DNA of 64,000 bases from Candidatus Obscuribacteraceae bacterium (GCA_044229845.1 JBGASG010000004.1:416001-480000); one strand, 5' to 3'; shown: positions 49,057-58,546, counted from the first letter of the stretch. Program-made: numbers and translations. Notes: generated by a model not told the origin, from the letters alone.

Positions 49057-50556
49057 TCACCAGATCAAAGTGGTGACCGAGTTGGGTTCGAGATGCACTT
49101 CGGCAAACTGTTCCGTCACGTTCAGCGTCACCGTGCGCGGCTTGTCGGAGCCGTTGGTGATGACGAGAACGCACTGGCCGTCAGGATTCTTGAAAGCCAC
49201 ATGGAACAGGTCTTGATGGTCCCCGTCGGAGGCAATGCGCACGGCACCGCGCTTGACGAAGCTGGAGAACTGGGCCATAGCCCAGAACTGACCGCTGTAG
49301 GAGATGGCGTTCGACTGCGAGTCGACAGTCACCAGTCCGCCACACGGGAAGGGTCCGATGTTCGGATTGCCTTTGTCGTCCAGCGCCAGGTTCCAGGCGG
49401 TCACCGCCCGGCACCAGTTGCGCAGGTTGCCCGTGAACGTCTTGCCCCAGCGCACCCAGTCGGTTGCGTAGTTGGGGTCGGTGATGTCCGGACCACCTTC
49501 GGTCCAGTACATGCCGATTTGCGGATACGCCTCGTGCACTTGCGTGACGCGAGCGGCGTCGCCGACGTAGCCGTGCCAGGCGATGCCCTGGCAGTGCTCG
49601 AGCATGCCGGGTTCAGCCAGAGACGCGAGCGCGCGTCCCCACAGGTTGTAGTTGTGGTCGAGCATCCAGACCTGGGTGTCGAGAGACGCGGCTTTCAGAG
49701 CCGGTCCCAGATGCCCACGAATGAAGTCGACCTCGTACTCCTGCGGCCACGCGCAGGCGGGCATGCGCCCGTCCTGATCCGTGTCGACCTCGTTGTTGAC
49801 CGTGACGGCGTGGACGGGAATCCCTTCCTTGCCGTAGTCCTGAACGAAGCGCACGAAATACTGCGCATGCGCGTCCATATAGCGACGCTGCATGTTGCCG
49901 CCCAGCATCGACCCGTTGGACTTCATCCAGCCGGGCGGACTCCAGGGCGAGCCGAAGATGAACATCTCCGGGTTCTGAGCGCGTGCCTCGCGAAGCATGG
50001 GCAGAATCCACTGCCGGTCATGATCGATGGAGAAACGCTTCAGCTCCGGATCCGGTTCAGCTCCGTCGCAGTAGCTGTAGACCTTGGTGGCGTAGTCGGA
50101 CGCACCCATGCAGACGCGGTTGACATTGAGACCGAGCTGCGAAGGGTGGAACAGCTGATGAAACAGCTTGGCGCGCGCGTTCGGATCGAGACGATTGAAC
50201 GTGAACGCCGCCGCGTCAGTCATGGCGCCGCCGAACCCGAGGATGCTCTGATAACCCTGGCGAGGGTCGATCTTGATCATCTCGGAAACAGAGCCGGCAG
50301 CGACAGAACCGCCGCGGTGAGCGGGTTTGCCGTCACAGTCTTCGTCCCACCGCCACGAGATCGCGGATTGGGCGGTCAGACGACCCGTCGCGCTGGTCGA
50401 AACCGGCTTGAGCGGGCGATCGCGAAGCGGAAAGCAGGGCGCTTTCAGGGGCCCATCGCAGGGCGTGCTTCGCGGCGGACGGCGAGAAATGAAGGCTCCC
50501 AGCATGGCGACAAGCACCACACCGGCAACCCCTGCGAGTAACTTCAGGTCAACCAT
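49057..50556 (-). CDS. GH30 glucosylceramidase-like hydrolase
   Basis: YQSILGFGGAMTDA, SPWSPPGWMK, NNEV, WTEG, WNLALD. Confidence 0.93.
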   Translation of the reverse strand: MVDLKLLAGVAGVVLVAMLGAFISRRPPRSTPCDGPLKAPCFPLRDRPLKPVSTSATGRLTAQSAISWRWDEDCDGKPAHRGGSVAAGSVSEMIKIDPRQGYQSILGFGGAMTDAAAFTFNRLDPNARAKLFHQLFHPSQLGLNVNRVCMGASDYATKVYSYCDGAEPDPELKRFSIDHDRQWILPMLREARAQNPEMFIFGSPWSPPGWMKSNGSMLGGNMQRRYMDAHAQYFVRFVQDYGKEGIPVHAVTVNNEVDTDQDGRMPACAWPQEYEVDFIRGHLGPALKAASLDTQVWMLDHNYNLWGRALASLAEPGMLEHCQGIAWHGYVGDAARVTQVHEAYPQIGMYWTEGGPDITDPNYATDWVRWGKTFTGNLRNWCRAVTAWNLALDDKGNPNIGPFPCGGLVTVDSQSNAISYSGQFWAMAQFSSFVKRGAVRIASDGDHQDLFHVAFKNPDGQCVLVITNGSDKPRTVTLNVTEQFAEVHLEPNSVTTLIW

Positions 50557-50772
50557 GGTATGACCTCGTTTGGTTGATTCTGATTGAGATTTGCCGCCCG
50601 CCGGGCAGCCGCCGAAGCGGTGCGCAGCCCCAATCGGACCGTTTCGCTTTCGATGCGAATCCGGTTTCTTCCGATCGGCGGCTGGGCACCATATTCGGTG
50701 CTGTCCCAGGCAGGCGACGCGAAAACTCGGGCAGATTAGATTAGTTGCTCAGCCCGAGCTATTTCGGGGGGG

Positions 50773-51222
50773 TTAGTGACCCCGAAACTTGTTGCCGGCG
50801 CGCATCGGCAGCCAGGTGCGTCCCCGGGTGGGAATGACACCGCTGATGATGCCGACGCCGAACCCGGCGATGGCGGTGGTCACCGTCAATGCCAGGTAGT
50901 TGGTGATGGCCACATACGGCACGATCAACGTGGACAGCCAGAAGCCCACGCAGAGCGTCACCGCGAAGGCGAGCCACTGAATGAAGCGACCGGTCTGAAA
51001 CCAGTTGAACAGCGAACGCATGCCGCCGGTGATGGCGACGCCACCGAAGACGCCGACGACACCGGTGATCACAGCCGTGGCCAGCACGCCGACCCAGCTG
51101 GCGATGGTGTGCGTCGAGCCCCAGGTGAGGGCGAGCGCCAGAAACGCAGCCGCCGAGAAGATGGCGACTGTGTTGAACGTGTGCCGACCGGCGAAGCCGT
51201 GCGGCGTTTTGATGTTGAACAT
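50773..51222 (-). CDS. Hypothetical 4-TM protein
   Basis: Hydrophobic ORF; GGAG RBS. Confidence 0.6.
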   Translation of the reverse strand: MFNIKTPHGFAGRHTFNTVAIFSAAAFLALALTWGSTHTIASWVGVLATAVITGVVGVFGGVAITGGMRSLFNWFQTGRFIQWLAFAVTLCVGFWLSTLIVPYVAITNYLALTVTTAIAGFGVGIISGVIPTRGRTWLPMRAGNKFRGH

Positions 51223-51932
51223 AGAGCAACTCCGTGTTCTCGACGACATCGGCTCTGCATACCGATTCGTCGCGTGATGCGGTTGACGAGTCGACACCAC
51301 CATGGCGGCGACCACTCTTCTCTCGTTCGCGGAATCAGGTGAGTTGACCTTGAGAACCCAGCCTGAGTCGCCCTCCACTGGACGTGAAGTCAGTGTTATC
51401 TGGAGAGCTAATTAGCCAGGGGTATGGGCTGTTTCCGTGGACGGAGTGCAGAAAGAAAGAGACAGGTCAGAGTACGAAACTAGAACCAGCCAGGGCTATC
51501 CTCCAGTTTCAGATCTGATTGAAAACTAATCGATTTCAGCATCTCGTCGCTGTCAGAACTCGCACAGCGACAGGTGAATGTTTGTAATCAAACTTGGTGC
51601 GTTTGTAATCAGATCCTTAATTCTGACCACTAACAAATCTTGATACACAACTTATCTCTGAATATTTGAGATCCAGCACCGTTTCTTGATAGAGAAAGGC
51701 GTCTTCCTCACATTTTCTTTTCCAGTTCGTTCCCCGGCCAAAAACCAGCATTAGTCACGACCTTTGCACGTCGCCTTCCGACTCCTCATCGGTAATGGGC
51801 GGCCGCGTTGTCGGTTTGACTGGTCGTTGGCGCTGCGGAGCGGAGTTTCGAATTGGAAGAGTGACTGCGAGAGAGGCACTAAATCCGGTGTCAAGCCGGG
51901 CTTTTTTCAGCCTTGTTTTAGAGAGGAAAAGC

Positions 51933-52280
51933 ATGAAGAAACTCTACGTTCCCGTCACCGTGGATCAAGGTGTCGCCGTCCTGCGCCGTCAGATTCCCCT
52001 GGAGAATGCCGCGCGCACGGACAAGCACACAGTGATCGCCTACACAGACCGCGCGGTGGCGGTTCTGGAGGGGCGACGCGCCGACAGCGATCTCACCGAG
52101 ATCGGTCTTTTGGCCGTCGAAATCGAAGAGCATCTGTTCGAGACGCTGCTCGTCGGCGACTGGATCCATCACGGACCTGTCGCTCACTGGCTCTCGGATC
52201 AGAGCTTGGAACTGGAGCACGGCGCCTACGGCCGGTTCAGCCATGAGGCGCACTTCAGCCTGGAAGTGGTGAAAAAGTAA
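51933..52280 (+). CDS. Hypothetical protein
   Basis: GAGGA RBS before MKKLYVPV. Confidence 0.55.
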   Translation: MKKLYVPVTVDQGVAVLRRQIPLENAARTDKHTVIAYTDRAVAVLEGRRADSDLTEIGLLAVEIEEHLFETLLVGDWIHHGPVAHWLSDQSLELEHGAYGRFSHEAHFSLEVVKK

Positions 52281-52345
52281 ACGACACGCTTCCAGTCAGG
52301 ACACAGACCCTAAACCAAACCTCCTTGTTAGGAAAGGGAAAGTCC

Positions 52346-52825
52346 ATGACGACCCCGCGTTACGAGCCGGAAGCGACGGCTCTTTCAGTCGCAACCGTCT
52401 CACCCGCGCGTGGCGCCGGCGATGCTTCGACCCTCAGGGTTGGAGCTACCGCCAGCTTCACTCGCACCATCACGCAAGCAGACATCGATGCGTTCGCCGA
52501 AGTCTCAGGCGACGATCAGCCGTTGCATCTGGATCCGGCAGTCGCCGCCCAGAGCATCTTCGGCGGTATCGTCGCCCACGGCATGCTGTCCGGAGCCATC
52601 TGGTCGGCAGTCCTCGGCAAGCACATCCCCGGTCCCGGCACCATCCTCACGGGCTGGGACGAGATGCGCTTCGTGAAGCCCGTTCGCCCGGGGGACGAAG
52701 TCACCTTCCACGGTGAAATCGTCGAAATCGGCGAGCGCGGCAAGATGAAGGTCAAACTCACGGCGGTGAAAGCCAACGGTGAGCTGACTGCCTACGGCAC
52801 GGCCTGCGTCGTCTACCGGCGCTGA
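52346..52825 (+). CDS. MaoC/PhaJ-family (R)-enoyl-CoA hydratase
   Basis: FAEVSGDDQPLHLD, IVAHGML, PGPG, FVKPVRPGD. Confidence 0.92.
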   Translation: MTTPRYEPEATALSVATVSPARGAGDASTLRVGATASFTRTITQADIDAFAEVSGDDQPLHLDPAVAAQSIFGGIVAHGMLSGAIWSAVLGKHIPGPGTILTGWDEMRFVKPVRPGDEVTFHGEIVEIGERGKMKVKLTAVKANGELTAYGTACVVYRR

Positions 52826-53003
52826 CCGCTTACGGCATTGGTCTGCGCCAGCCGGCGCTGACCGCCGCGAAAACGAGACGGGCCTGCATCACTCGGGGCC
52901 GTCTCACCAATACAGCAAACCGGGGCTCGCACAAAGCCCCCAACTTCACGCCAACGAAGCGGAAAGCGGCTTGCCGCTTTCCGTTTCTTCAGGAGATACA
53001 ACC

Positions 53004-53654
53004 ATGACACGCCACCACAGACAGGGGCGCGGACGAAACCGCCGCCGGCGCGACACCACGACCCTGGTCCTGAGCGGCGCGGACTGGGTCAACCAGTTTC
53101 CCACATCGCGCGACGTGGAGGACCTGGCATCGCCGTTTCGCGAGAACGTCAGATCGTTCATCGCCGCCCTGCAAACCGCAGGCGCTACAGTCTCCATCGC
53201 CGCCACGTACAGGCCGGCGGAACGGGCTTACCTCATGCACTATGCGTACCGCATTGCTCGGGAAGGTCTGAATCCGCGCGACGTGCCTGCACGCAACGGC
53301 GTCGACATCGAGTGGGTTCATCGCAAGGCGAACAACCAGGTCGACCTGGTCGCCTCGAAGAATGCCGCCGAAGACATGGTGCTCGCATACGGCATCGTCT
53401 ATCGCCCGGCTCTCAACTCGCAGCACACGCGGCGACTGGCCATCGACATGACCATCACCTGGTCGGGCACGCTGTCCATCAAGAATGGCAGAGACAGGAC
53501 GGTGGACATCACATCCTCACCACGCACAGGTCAGAACGGCGAATTGCACGCCGTCGGACAGACCTACAACGTGGTGAAGCTGGTTTCCGACCCGCCGCAC
53601 TGGTCGGCTGACGGCACGCTGCGCACCCGCAGCCGGCGCCGCGGCACGCGCTAG
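53004..53654 (+). CDS. M15/Hedgehog-DD-peptidase-like peptidoglycan hydrolase
   Basis: TYRP, SQH..AID, DPPHWS Zn-ligand pattern; AGGAG RBS. Confidence 0.7.
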   Translation: MTRHHRQGRGRNRRRRDTTTLVLSGADWVNQFPTSRDVEDLASPFRENVRSFIAALQTAGATVSIAATYRPAERAYLMHYAYRIAREGLNPRDVPARNGVDIEWVHRKANNQVDLVASKNAAEDMVLAYGIVYRPALNSQHTRRLAIDMTITWSGTLSIKNGRDRTVDITSSPRTGQNGELHAVGQTYNVVKLVSDPPHWSADGTLRTRSRRRGTR

Positions 53655-53782
53655 GCGGTTTTTTCCGCACCCTCCCTTAGCGACGCACGGTTCTTGCGGA
53701 TTGCTGCAGGCAAAGCTTCGGCAATGTCTGTATCCGCAGGAACCGTCGTCTTTTCCTCCCAAAATTTTTTCCACACACCGCC

Positions 53783-53799
53783 TACGATGCTATATCGTA
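53783..53799. other. Block-end palindrome copy (TACGA-N7-TCGTA, perfect, covaried)
   Basis: Downstream of 53654, after a T tract. Confidence 0.6.
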
Positions 53800-53950
53800 T
53801 ATCCACGAATCTCCCACGGGGTGCCCAATTACGGTACACCGTAAAAATCCACTCCAGAAATTCGGTATACCGGAAACGGACCCGGCTCGCGAAGCGGACT
53901 GCGTGCCGCAGCACTTCCGGACCACCTTAAGATAATTTCTGATGTTTCAT

Positions 53951-53968
53951 ACACCATATCTGGTGCAG
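53951..53968. promoter_or_regulatory. CACCA-N4-TGGTG box upstream of paralog 2
   Basis: ACACCATATCTGGTGCAG, identical to 10715-10732. Confidence 0.6.
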
Positions 53969-54122
53969 GGTGAGGTTATCCCTCGTTTCCTCCCGCACCC
54001 CGCACTTCCCGCACCACACAACCTCCCGCAGAGCCACATCTCATACCCGCGCCCGCGACGAATTGTCGTACACCGATCTGTTTTCCCGTCAGGGGAAATT
54101 CGGTTTTAGCCAGGAGGCTGCC

Positions 54123-55229
54123 ATGCCCCGTTTCTTCTTCTTCGTGCATCCTGATTTGCATCTGACGCCGCGCGGCGTCCTGCGCTCCGTTCTGAGCAGC
54201 CGTGATCTGCCGCCTTTGCTAGGCTCGCTGGCTGTCATCGGCGTCGTAGTCGGGGCTCTGCTTTTCGCCTGGCGCCCCGCCCCGCCACCGCCGCACACAA
54301 CCAACACGAATGTGACGTACGAGCTGGGCGCCGCGAGCTCCGGGATCTACATGCAGAAACACCTGCGGCGCGCCGACGGCACCGTGCGACAGACGCTGAT
54401 CGATTACACCAACGGCGCTCTCGGCACCATCAACTACCGCCTCAACGGCACCGCGCAAGACTTCGCCATCGTGGCAGCGGACGGCACCCACACGCTGGAG
54501 GCGATTTACGCCGCGGACGGCAAGACTGTGGTGCAGGGCTTCGAGCTGCGCGGCGACCGCACGCTCGCCTGGAAGACCGACAGGCTTGTCGACGGCAGCC
54601 TGCGCACAGTCAGCTACTGGAGCGACGGGCGGCAGCCCTTCTCCATCAGCATCACCAACGACAAGGCGGTCACCGCCGACTTCGTCTACTTCCGGGCAGA
54701 CGGCAAACCGTGGGCGCACCAGTGGTTCAAGGGTCTCGACAGCAAGGGCATTTTGCTCGGCGAAGACCTCTACTCGGCGCGCACCGGGCTGATCGAACGC
54801 TCGATTCGGCATATCACCGACGGACGCCCCAGCGATACGGCGACCTACTACCGGATCGACGGCACAGCGCGCCTGCGGCTGGTCTGGCTGGGTCGGGGGT
54901 CGCATGAGGGTTTCTACATGGAGCTGGACAGCACCACCCTCTTCGCCGCTGACGGGCAAACGCAAACACTGCTGATTTCCTGGTCGGAGCTGGCGCCCTG
55001 GGCAATCACCACCTACAACGGCGACGGCACCAGCGTCGTCAACCGCTATCTCAACGGCGCACCGCGCAACCGCAAGGTGGTGGCAGCCGACGGCACCACG
55101 ATCAGCGACACCGCCGATGGTGCCGACCCGACTTTGCCGGCGCAGATTCTGCCTGAATATCGAGCCGCCTCGGCGCCCAAACAGGCTGATCCGCCAGCCG
55201 AGCGCCAGGCAGCCGAAACCCGTCCGTAG
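54123..55229 (+). CDS. Membrane-anchored beta-hairpin repeat protein, paralog 2
   Basis: AGGAGG RBS; TM; VVQGFELRGDRT; YFRADGKPW. Confidence 0.65.
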   Translation: MPRFFFFVHPDLHLTPRGVLRSVLSSRDLPPLLGSLAVIGVVVGALLFAWRPAPPPPHTTNTNVTYELGAASSGIYMQKHLRRADGTVRQTLIDYTNGALGTINYRLNGTAQDFAIVAADGTHTLEAIYAADGKTVVQGFELRGDRTLAWKTDRLVDGSLRTVSYWSDGRQPFSISITNDKAVTADFVYFRADGKPWAHQWFKGLDSKGILLGEDLYSARTGLIERSIRHITDGRPSDTATYYRIDGTARLRLVWLGRGSHEGFYMELDSTTLFAADGQTQTLLISWSELAPWAITTYNGDGTSVVNRYLNGAPRNRKVVAADGTTISDTADGADPTLPAQILPEYRAASAPKQADPPAERQAAETRP

Positions 55230-55434
55230 GCGGCAATGGACCCTCGGGCATCTTGCACATGTCCGAGGGTCCGTATCCGGCCAGTGCGCACGCTTGCGCG
55301 AGCCATTCAGCGCACCCAGCTAGCGCGAGTGCGCGCCAGCGTGCAAGCGGCGTGGAAACCAAGCCCGCTGCCACTCTCGCTGATTGTAAAGAGGCGCGCA
55401 AACAAACCGCATAACAATAGTTTTCGTGATCATC

Positions 55435-55452
55435 ACACCACAGGTGGTGCAG
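55435..55452. promoter_or_regulatory. CACCA-N4-TGGTG box upstream of paralog 3
   Basis: ACACCACAGGTGGTGCAG. Confidence 0.55.
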
Positions 55453-55637
55453 GTTCTTCTTATCACTTCTTTTTTCTCGCGATTCTCAAGCACGACTCTC
55501 GAAACCAATAACAAAAGCGCCAGCACCACATTCGCAAGACAACATCCTGCTCACGCACGGCTGGTGTCCCGTCTCTGGCTCGCGAGAGAAGAGAAGTTTC
55601 CTCACTCACTCAACCCAATCACCTGATGGAGGTTCTC

Positions 55638-56741
55638 GTGCAGAACACCAATCCTAAGTCCAGCAGGCTGCGCGCCGTGCTGTCCAATGCTATCCCCATC
55701 CTCGGCAAGAGCTGGGAACTGCCGGTTCTGGCAGTCACCGTCGCGGTCATGGTCGGCGTCATCGTGCTTTTCGGCATGCTCTGGCGCGACCCGCAACCGC
55801 TGCACAACGACACCAACCCGCTCGTCACCTACGAACTCGGCGACGAACGCATCGGCGAGTACATGCGCCAGCACTTCCGGCGCAACGACCGCTCGATGCT
55901 GAAGACCCTGATCACCTATCGCAACGGCGACCTCGGCACGGTCAACTACCGCACCGACAGCACGTTCCGCGACTTCACGGTGGTGGCACAGGACGGCACG
56001 CACGTCCGCGAAACCAGCTACGACATCACCGGCAAGAAGGTGGTCAAAGGCTTCGAGCTGCGCTCCGATCGGACGCGGCTCTGGCAGACCGAGACGCTCG
56101 CCAACGGCACCGTGAAGACTGTCGTCTTCTGGCGCGACGGTAAGCAGCCTTTCTCCGTGCGCCTGGTCAACGAGAAAGACAACACCACCGACTTCACCTA
56201 CTTCCGCCAGGACGGCAAGATGTGGGTGCACCAGTGGTTCGTCGGCTCGTACTACCGGCAGGGCGAAGACCTGTACTCGGAGAAGACCGGACTTCTCGAG
56301 CGCACCTACCGGCGCCCGAAAGACCGCAGCAGCGCCGAGGAAGTAACTTACTACGGCGCCAATGGCGTTCCGGCCTTCAAGCTCACCTGGGTGACCACCT
56401 CCAGCGAGCACTCGTATTCGGTCGACCTCTCCAACACGGTCGTGTTCAACGCGGACGGCCAGACGCCCGCGCTGACCATCTCCTGGGTCTGGGGATCGAA
56501 ACCGGATTCGATCATGGTGCCCAATCCCGACGGAACGCGCGTCGTCAACCACTACGGCACCAAGGGCGAACCGCTGGCACAACGGCTGGTCGCCAAAGAC
56601 GGCACGCAAATCTCGTCCACCGAGAAGGGCGCCGACCTGAGCTTGCTGGCTCGCGTCAAGCCGGAATACTACGTTCAGACAAGACCGGAACCAGTCGACC
56701 CGGTGCCGGTCTGGAAGGAAGCGGAAGCGAAGTCGCCCTAG
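55638..56741 (+). CDS. Membrane-anchored beta-hairpin repeat protein, paralog 3
   Basis: GTG after GGAGG; VVKGFELRSDRT; YFRQDGKMW. Confidence 0.65.
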   Translation: MQNTNPKSSRLRAVLSNAIPILGKSWELPVLAVTVAVMVGVIVLFGMLWRDPQPLHNDTNPLVTYELGDERIGEYMRQHFRRNDRSMLKTLITYRNGDLGTVNYRTDSTFRDFTVVAQDGTHVRETSYDITGKKVVKGFELRSDRTRLWQTETLANGTVKTVVFWRDGKQPFSVRLVNEKDNTTDFTYFRQDGKMWVHQWFVGSYYRQGEDLYSEKTGLLERTYRRPKDRSSAEEVTYYGANGVPAFKLTWVTTSSEHSYSVDLSNTVVFNADGQTPALTISWVWGSKPDSIMVPNPDGTRVVNHYGTKGEPLAQRLVAKDGTQISSTEKGADLSLLARVKPEYYVQTRPEPVDPVPVWKEAEAKSP

Positions 56742-56790
56742 CGGTTGACTTAGCTGCGCGCTGACTTCCATCTGAGTGAGAAGCGACTGC

Positions 56791-56848
56791 ACGGTTCCTC
56801 CCGCGACAAGGCGCAAGCCAAGGCGCAGCGGAGGAACCGTTTCTTTTT
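56791..56848 (+). terminator. Intrinsic terminator
   Basis: acggttcctcc/ggaggaaccgt stem followed by TTCTTTTT. Confidence 0.65.
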
Positions 56849-56857
56849 GACCTTATT

Positions 56858-56874
56858 TACTATTTGCAATAGTT
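56858..56874. other. Block-end palindrome copy (TACTA-N7-TAGTT)
   Basis: In the convergent gap between 56741 and 56987. Confidence 0.55.
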
Positions 56875-56986
56875 TCTCCAGGCAAAAAACCTTCTCTGCA
56901 AGAAACAGGAGGCGGAGAAGGGAGCCGTCGCACTCGGCTCCTCTTCTCTCGGTCTCGTGGGCGGCGACTCGTCTGACTGCCTTGCC

Positions 56987-57781
56987 TCAGTGAGCGTCGC
57001 TCGGCATGGGAATGCCGGTCAAGTCCGGCTTTTCCAACCAGGCGGGCGGCACCGCTTCCGCGTGCACAGTCGCATCGGCACGTGCAGTCGAGCGCAGTTC
57101 TTCACCGGCGCGGTCGACAGTGCCGGTCTGCACCAGATTGCCGTCCCCATCGTAGATGGACACGTCATACCGGTCGTCGTCGGCGTGGCGCTGGTCGACT
57201 CGCTGCGGCGTCTTGCCGTCGGCAGCCAGCAGGATGCCTTTGGCGACGCGCAGGTTGCGGTAGTAGTCGACGCTCTTCAGCCGCATGTTTTCCGGCTGTC
57301 CGTTCACCACATCGAACACCCACACCTGGACGATCGTGTCCAGAATGTCCGGCTGCGCGATGCTGATCACCAGCTCCCAGCGGTCGCGCTGCGTGTCAAT
57401 GCCGTGCCTCCAGATGGTGAAGCTGTACTTCGTCCAGCCGCGTTCATCACGCGTCAGGCCGTTGACCGACGACCCGTGATTGATGGCGAAAAGACGCAGC
57501 TTGCCGTCGGCGTAGCAGTCCTTCGTCACCGGGTCCTTCGCGTGCTTGGCGTTGTACTTCTCGTACTCCGCCTCCAGCGAGGAGGGCGCCACGACACACC
57601 CGACCGGGGCGGCAGTGGCATCGCCGGCAGTGGCATCGCCGGGTTCGGAAGGCGCCACCGCGATCAGCACCGAATCGGCATCAGACGGCGTTGTTCCGTG
57701 CTGCAAGTGCGGCACGCCAAAGGCAAGACCGGCGGCGACGATCAAAGCCGCGGCGCCCAACCAAAACGTTCTCTTTATCAT
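56987..57781 (-). CDS. Exported beta-hairpin repeat protein, distant member of the same family
   Basis: Signal/TM; CYADGKL, LAADGKTP, YDGDGNL; similar C-terminal V.P.W/Y. Confidence 0.5.
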   Translation of the reverse strand: MIKRTFWLGAAALIVAAGLAFGVPHLQHGTTPSDADSVLIAVAPSEPGDATAGDATAAPVGCVVAPSSLEAEYEKYNAKHAKDPVTKDCYADGKLRLFAINHGSSVNGLTRDERGWTKYSFTIWRHGIDTQRDRWELVISIAQPDILDTIVQVWVFDVVNGQPENMRLKSVDYYRNLRVAKGILLAADGKTPQRVDQRHADDDRYDVSIYDGDGNLVQTGTVDRAGEELRSTARADATVHAEAVPPAWLEKPDLTGIPMPSDAH

Positions 57782-57901
57782 GGTGATGTTCCCTTGTTGG
57801 CATATCAAAGCAAACAAGCCGAGTGCATGATGCGCGCCCTGCCTCAACGACGCGGTGCGTCGCGCAGGCAGAGCACACACCGTGCACTCAACTCGTCAAG
57901 T

Positions 57902-58546
57902 TCAGGCAACCGGCCAGGTGACCTTGGCGCGGAACCGGAAGCTCTCCTTATGAGACGCGCGATGCATCTCGAAGTAAGCCCAGTTGACGCTCTTGTCCCC
58001 GCTACGCTGCGTGCAGCCGAAGCCCTGGTAGGTCATCACGTCGACAGCCAGCTTGATCAGATACGGCAGCGTTTCCGATCGCAGCTCGCTCTCGTTTCTT
58101 ACCGTCACCGGCACCGCTTGCCGTTCGTCGATGGGCATGAAGCTCAATTCCACCGTGAACTGCGGATGGGTGCTGCACGAAAGCGCCACCGTCGTTTCCG
58201 GACGGGCATCTTCGCCTTCGCCGTGCACGCGTTTCGACCAGCCGTCGATCTGGAAATGGTTTCTTGCCAGGTCCAGCTCATGACGCTTCGGTCCTTCCAG
58301 ACTGGCGCCGTCGGTGTTCTTCAACAGCAGTGTGCCGAGCATGTCCGTCAGCGGTCCCTTGGGCACTTGGCAGTGCTCGTCGAACTTGAGAGTGCCGCGG
58401 CAGCAGCCGCAGGACAGACCGCGGAAACGATGCAGCATGGCATCGGAATCATGCGAGTAGCTGCCGAAGTGCTGCTCGTCGATGCCGATCACCGGCGTCG
58501 ATTGGCTGTGACAGTTCGGGCAGTAGGGGAATCGAAAGAGTCTCAT
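57902..58546 (-). CDS. Zn-ribbon hypothetical protein
   Basis: YCPNC..SCGCC; GGAG RBS. Confidence 0.55.
   Translation of the reverse strand: MRLFRFPYCPNCHSQSTPVIGIDEQHFGSYSHDSDAMLHRFRGLSCGCCRGTLKFDEHCQVPKGPLTDMLGTLLLKNTDGASLEGPKRHELDLARNHFQIDGWSKRVHGEGEDARPETTVALSCSTHPQFTVELSFMPIDERQAVPVTVRNESELRSETLPYLIKLAVDVMTYQGFGCTQRSGDKSVNWAYFEMHRASHKESFRFRAKVTWPVA

Noticed and set aside
48784..50541. 585-aa plus-strand ORF
   Set aside because: Antisense shadow of the GH30 gene.
44629..56840. Shared 11-mer GCGGAGGAACC in two terminator hairpins (44629, 56828)
   Set aside because: Only two copies, with opposite arm order; probably chance.
4539..56874. Integron attC or XerCD dif/pdif identity for the block-end palindrome
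   Set aside because: No RYYYAAC..GTTRRRY long hairpin and no match to the dif arms with a 6-bp spacer.
57611..57640. Short in-frame duplications (15 bp here; 21 bp at 42651-42692)
   Set aside because: Ordinary slippage in linker or coiled-coil regions.
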